Source: a virus
Taxonomy: Duplodnaviria; Caudoviricetes
IMG/VR virus record: IMGVR_UViG_3300020161_000151
Span: 1 to 28,390 of that record
Length of the DNA stretch: 28,390 nucleotides
Direction: 5' to 3' (one strand)
Positions 24,265 to 28,390 of this stretch are shown here, piece after piece. The notes below the pieces were generated by a model, which made no database searches, was not told the DNA's origin, and saw nothing but the letters and a program-made list of their open reading frames with translations. How positions within the stretch are numbered: position 1 is the first letter of the stretch; every line of letters begins with the position of its first letter. The position numbers were made by a program, and so were the translations under genes.

Positions 24265-24449
24265 ACAACATTGGAAACATCTTTGACGAGGTGGAGGCAG
24301 AACTGCTCAGGCAGTTCAAGGCCATCACCCCAGAGCAACTCGCGGAGGACGAGCGCCTGCGTAAAGCCAAGCGCGAGTACGAGGCACTGCACACAGCCAT
24401 CGAGAAAGAACTCGAAGGCGACGACGCAGAGTGGGAAGACACAGAGTAA
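24261..24449 (+). CDS. Hypothetical protein
   Basis: 62 aa; GAGGAG SD. Confidence 0.75.
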   Translation: MNNIGNIFDEVEAELLRQFKAITPEQLAEDERLRKAKREYEALHTAIEKELEGDDAEWEDTE

Positions 24450-24539
24450 AGCGACTGGATAACGAATCGAAACCGAATCGGTTATTCATGGTTAAAGAAC
24501 AATAACCCCAAGAAGGTTCAGGGAAGGCCATAGAGGTTC

Positions 24540-24567
24540 TTGACAGGGCTTGAAGGGTGTGTATAAT
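24540..24567 (+). promoter_or_regulatory. Consensus sigma70 promoter
   Basis: TTGACA, 16 bp spacer, TATAAT; both hexamers match consensus exactly. Confidence 0.85.
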
Positions 24568-24572
24568 TTGAA

Positions 24573-24672
24573 CTGTTGCCGTGGAAAGCGACAGATTAGA
24601 GCCGTTACTCATGCCTTCGCCCTTGGTTTTTACTCTTGGGTTTCCACCGAGGGCAGTAGTAACGGCTTTTTT
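24573..24672 (+). ncRNA. Candidate ~100-nt structured sRNA/attenuator with loop-loop pseudoknot and terminator
   Basis: Starts at the predicted TSS. Hairpin CTGTTGC/GCGACAG; long stem AGAGCCGTTACT/AGTAACGGCTTT followed by a U-tract; loops GTGGAAA and TTTCCAC are complementary. Confidence 0.65.
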
Positions 24673-24680
24673 GTTTTTCT

Positions 24681-24894
24681 ACTGTGACCGCACATCATGC
24701 GGCACGTCGGTGGTGATGAGTGAATAACCCTGTGACACGAGCAAGCCAAAGCAGGGAGCGTGGGCGAATCCTAGAGCGCGGCGGTTGAAAATAGTCTGGG
24801 ATGCTGTGCGACGGATGGCTCCGACGGCAGATAAAGCGAGTTCTGTCCCTATGACGGTAAGGGCTTGCTTTGCTCAGAATTCACCAACGGCAGT
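24681..24894 (+). ncRNA. Candidate ~215-nt multi-helix structured RNA
   Basis: No credible ORF; several hand-identified helices, including end-to-end pairing and a possible pseudoknot. Confidence 0.4.
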
Positions 24895-24989
24895 GTGAAA
24901 TAGGGTAAAATACAGATACCAACTGGCGTCCCAAAAGCGAATCGATTACACTTCGAATCATTCGTTCACACACACGGGGATTACGGGTT

Positions 24990-25577
24990 ATGCCAGAAAC
25001 CACCAGCAAGAGGGCTAGAACGCCCGCCAAGACGCCGAAGGCTACTAAGCAAGCCCAAGGTAGCATCGCGCCCTCCGAGACGCCTGTAGCCCCCAAAATA
25101 CCAAAGGTTCATCATCGCCCTGTAGAGTTCACAGAAGAGATAGCAGAAGAGGTATGCTGGAGACTCGCTCATGGAGAGTCACTCGTATCAATCTGTAGCA
25201 GTGAACACCTCCCGCATTGCGCGACTATTTATCGTTGGTTGATTCGCTTCCCAACCTTCTGCGAGATGTACGCACGCGCCCGTGAAGACCAAGCCGACAC
25301 CAACGCTGATGAAATCCTCGCCATCGCTGACGAGATGCCTCCTGAGTACACCGACGAGAAGGGCCGCACCTCTCTCGACCAGACGTACCTCGCGTGGCAG
25401 AAGCAACGTATCGAGGCCCGTAAGTGGACATCAGCCAAACTCAAGCCCCGCAAGTACGGTGACCGCGTGGCTGTCGAGGGCGTGGAGGACGGAGCCGCTA
25501 TCAAGACTGAGGATGCCAGCGCCAGCAAGTTCCTTGACATCATCAAGAACATGGAGATGACCAAACGTGCTGGCTGA
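24990..25577 (+). CDS. terS: Terminase small subunit (Sf6 gp1-like)
   Basis: 'IAEEVCWRLAHGESLVSIC...TIYRWL...YARAREDQAD...EILAIAD...RKWTSAKLKPRKYGD'; upstream of terL. Confidence 0.88.
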   Translation: MPETTSKRARTPAKTPKATKQAQGSIAPSETPVAPKIPKVHHRPVEFTEEIAEEVCWRLAHGESLVSICSSEHLPHCATIYRWLIRFPTFCEMYARAREDQADTNADEILAIADEMPPEYTDEKGRTSLDQTYLAWQKQRIEARKWTSAKLKPRKYGDRVAVEGVEDGAAIKTEDASASKFLDIIKNMEMTKRAG

Positions 25578-25661
25578 GTATTACATTCAGGCGCCAGCAG
25601 GTGTCCAGAAACACGGGGTTTTATCCCCTGTTTTGGCTGATTTGAGCGCAAAGTAATACTT

Positions 25662-27074
25662 ATGCTTACAGAGTTATTCGATTCTGAAACCATTGCGGAG
25701 TTTAACGCCAAGTCAGAGCATGACCGCATCGCATACATCGCCCACGCCAAGTGGGTAGCAAGCGCCCACCGATACCAGATACCGCCGCCCCTTGAGGTGG
25801 ACTACACCGTGTGGATGATGCTGGCTGGTCGTGGTGCGGGCAAGACCCGCAGTGCCGCCGAAGCCCTGTGGTGGTGGGCATGGATAAACCCCGGCAGTCG
25901 ATGCCTTGTGCTGGCGCCTACATCTAACGACATCAAGTTCACCTGCTTCGAGGGCCAGTCAGGGCTTCTCGCGTGTATCCCTACCGAACTCGTGGTGGAC
26001 TACAACAAGCAAGACCACCAGATTAAGCTGTCCAATGGCTCTATCATCCGCGGCATCTCTGGCGACTCCTACGAGCGTCTGCGTGGCCCTCAGTTCCACT
26101 ACGCATGGTGTGACGAGTTAGCCGCCTTCCAGTACCTTGGCAGTGGTGAGGCTTGGGACATGATGATGATGGGACTTCGCTTAGGTGATAAGCCCCGCGT
26201 CATCGTGACAACAACACCGCGCCCCAAAGACCTCATCATTGACCTTGTGGGACGTGAGGGTGACGACGTAGTGATTGACCGCGCCAGCACCTACGAGAAC
26301 GAAGCTAACCTTGCATCGACCTTCCGCAACCAGCTTGAGCAGTACAAGGGCAGTAAGCTGTACGAGCAGGAGGTCATGGGTATGCTCGTTGACCTTGAAG
26401 ACGGCAAGGTGGTCGGGCGCGATATGTTCAAGCTGTACCCAGCGAACAAGCCCTTCCCTAAGTTCGAGTTCATTGTCCAGTCCTATGACTGCGCCTTCAG
26501 TGACAAGGAATACAACGACCCGACGGCGTCCACGACGTGGGGCGTGTTCAAGCCCCTTGATGGGCCTATGTCCGTCCTGCTGATTGACTGCTGGGCTGAA
26601 CACCTAACCTTCCCTCTGCTCAAGCCCAAGGTGATTGAAGAGTGGCGTGTGTCCTATGGTGAAGGCAAGGATGCCAAGCGCCCTGACCTGATACTTGTGG
26701 AAGACAAGGCCGCAGGCATCTCCCTCATCCAAGAACTGCGTGCGGCCCACCTGCCTGTGCGTGGATATAACCCCGGCAAGGCGGACAAGATGCAGAGGCT
26801 CCAGATTACCGCGTCCATCTTTGCGACTGGGCGTGTGTGGCTTCCTGAGAGCAGTGTCCGCAAGGGCTACGTCAAGGATTGGTGCGAGGGCTTCCTGTCT
26901 CAGATATGCTCCTTCCCTGACTCGACGCATGACGACTATGTAGACTCAGCCACGCAGGCTATTCGTTTAATGAAGGACATGGGTTTCCTCGACATAAACC
27001 CTGAGCCTCGGTATGATGACGACGATGACTACGAATACACCCGCCCCAAGCGGGTCAACCCTTATACGGCGTAA
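25662..27074 (+). CDS. terL: Terminase large subunit
   Basis: Walker A 'AGRGAGKT', Walker B 'AWCDE', 'VTTTP', nuclease motifs 'QSYDCA', 'VEDKAAG', 'HDDYVDS'. Confidence 0.96.
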   Translation: MLTELFDSETIAEFNAKSEHDRIAYIAHAKWVASAHRYQIPPPLEVDYTVWMMLAGRGAGKTRSAAEALWWWAWINPGSRCLVLAPTSNDIKFTCFEGQSGLLACIPTELVVDYNKQDHQIKLSNGSIIRGISGDSYERLRGPQFHYAWCDELAAFQYLGSGEAWDMMMMGLRLGDKPRVIVTTTPRPKDLIIDLVGREGDDVVIDRASTYENEANLASTFRNQLEQYKGSKLYEQEVMGMLVDLEDGKVVGRDMFKLYPANKPFPKFEFIVQSYDCAFSDKEYNDPTASTTWGVFKPLDGPMSVLLIDCWAEHLTFPLLKPKVIEEWRVSYGEGKDAKRPDLILVEDKAAGISLIQELRAAHLPVRGYNPGKADKMQRLQITASIFATGRVWLPESSVRKGYVKDWCEGFLSQICSFPDSTHDDYVDSATQAIRLMKDMGFLDINPEPRYDDDDDYEYTRPKRVNPYTA

Positions 27075-27077
27075 CAC

Positions 27078-28390
27078 ATGGGCAAACTCAAATTACTCGG
27101 CGATGTAGTTGAAGGCGGCTTGAACGCAATCAAGACGGCAAAGCGCACAACCAATGAGCAGAAGGCGGCTGAGAAGTATGCGGCTGGCGCCCAATACGCT
27201 GACCCTCTTGAACCCGCAACCATGCGTATGTCTGAGGCGCTGGGCAACGCAGGTGCTGAGGGTAAGACCCTGAACTTTACTGAGGCTGACCGCTCAAGGG
27301 TGTTTGGCTCTAACCGCGGTGGCGTGGGCTTCTCTGGCCTCCAGCACTACTCACTGCCCCACAAGGAAGCTAACACTGTCTGGGGCTTTGGCAAAAAGTC
27401 GGTGGCAGAAAAGAAGGTCAAGCAGAACGACCCAGAGAAAAGCCTGATAACAACCTTCGTGGGTTCGCCTACCCAGCACAAGAGCAACTCTGTCGTCATT
27501 GGTGACGCCATCAAAGAATTTCAGAAGTCCGTAAAACAGGGCGATGTGCCTCGTGAGCAAATCATGCTTATGAACAAGCGCCTGAATGAAATAACCGATG
27601 CCAAGACTGGCGCAAAGGTTTTTGAGGACGGGTTTGACCTGACTGACCCTAGCGCCTTGAGCGTAGCCAACACTTTCTCTCGACGTGCCGCGGTAGGTGA
27701 TGTCATGCTTGGGTTGGGCGTCAAAGGCCCAATGTCTCGTCTGGATTTCAAGAAAAAATTTCCCAACACTAAGTTTGTTGATGGGAGCAACATCGAGAAC
27801 ATCCTAAAGCGAGAGACTGACCCTGACCTAGTTAACGCTGGCACATACGACGTAGGCAACCGTCTGTTCGTGATGGACGGCAAAATCATTGAACGCCCAG
27901 ACCTGAACGAGGCGTTCCCTTCTCAAGTGACGGGATATGACCTTGGCATGAAGTATCAACTTGTCCCGCCCAACAAGGCCATGCGCGATTTCTACAAGGC
28001 GCGTGAGAACAGGTTAGATAAAAACCAAAAGCCATCTCCTGTCTCATATTATGACCTTGCAAGAGCGGAGCCATCGCAATTTGTAGACGAGGACTACCTG
28101 ACGTTTCTCCAAAAAGAGGGCTACAAAAAGGGCGGAGCCGTCGAGGACTTCGACGCCAAGGTAGACAAGCTGATTCAGAACCACCACTTCGACAACCACG
28201 TTGACAAGCGGATTAAGGAACACTTCGCTAAGGGTGGAGACGTAAAACTTGCCCGCACTTCTTTGCGCATGGCTGGTGGCGGTATGCTTGGTAAGGGTAT
28301 GGCTAAGTTAGGCAAGCGCCTGATGGCTGACCCAGCAGAGGCGACTGCCTCTATTAAGGGCGGCACACGCAAGTTCGGTGACGAGGCTGG
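27078..28390 (+). CDS. Large hypothetical protein (3'-truncated) with GG-motif repeats
   Basis: ATG 3 bp after the terL stop (MGKLKLLGDVVEGG...); frame open to the window end; YKKGGAV, FAKGGDV and MAGGGM in frame. Confidence 0.8.
   Translation, partial: MGKLKLLGDVVEGGLNAIKTAKRTTNEQKAAEKYAAGAQYADPLEPATMRMSEALGNAGAEGKTLNFTEADRSRVFGSNRGGVGFSGLQHYSLPHKEANTVWGFGKKSVAEKKVKQNDPEKSLITTFVGSPTQHKSNSVVIGDAIKEFQKSVKQGDVPREQIMLMNKRLNEITDAKTGAKVFEDGFDLTDPSALSVANTFSRRAAVGDVMLGLGVKGPMSRLDFKKKFPNTKFVDGSNIENILKRETDPDLVNAGTYDVGNRLFVMDGKIIERPDLNEAFPSQVTGYDLGMKYQLVPPNKAMRDFYKARENRLDKNQKPSPVSYYDLARAEPSQFVDEDYLTFLQKEGYKKGGAVEDFDAKVDKLIQNHHFDNHVDKRIKEHFAKGGDVKLARTSLRMAGGGMLGKGMAKLGKRLMADPAEATASIKGGTRKFGDEA

Noticed and set aside
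24450-24989. tRNA, tmRNA, RNase P or a protein-coding gene in the intergenic gap
   Set aside because: No T-loop/cloverleaf, tag-peptide ends or RNase P signature recognised, and no ORF with a credible start.

Overview
This 28.4 kb window is a fragment of a tailed dsDNA phage genome. It is probably podovirus-like with a P22/Sf6-type tail and ejection module, and no integrase or CI repressor is visible in the window. From left to right: (1) end of the virion module on +, with a partial tail fibre, a P22-gp10-like tail protein, five candidate internal/ejection proteins (the last with a lytic transglycosylase domain) and a terminator; (2) a leftward recombination operon (SSB-like protein, PD-(D/E)XK nucleases); (3) a divergent promoter region, then Cro/YdaS-like regulator, DUF1376/YdaU-type initiator with iterons, CHC2 zinc-finger protein, DnaB-like helicase, RusA and Ref-like nuclease; (4) three repeated promoter/leader/hairpin cassettes of small genes; (5) a ~540 bp non-coding region with two candidate structured RNAs; (6) terS, terL and an ORF that runs off the end. 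The standout feature is an acyl carrier protein plus an intact beta-ketoacyl synthase, translationally coupled inside the tail/ejection operon next to a possible GNAT-like gene. This suggests, by inference only, a phage-encoded fatty-acylation system for virion proteins. Other notable signals are a recurring K/R-x-x-GG peptide motif in internal proteins, dispersed 11-bp-phased A(C/G)CGAAT sites, and no GATC found on a manual read.
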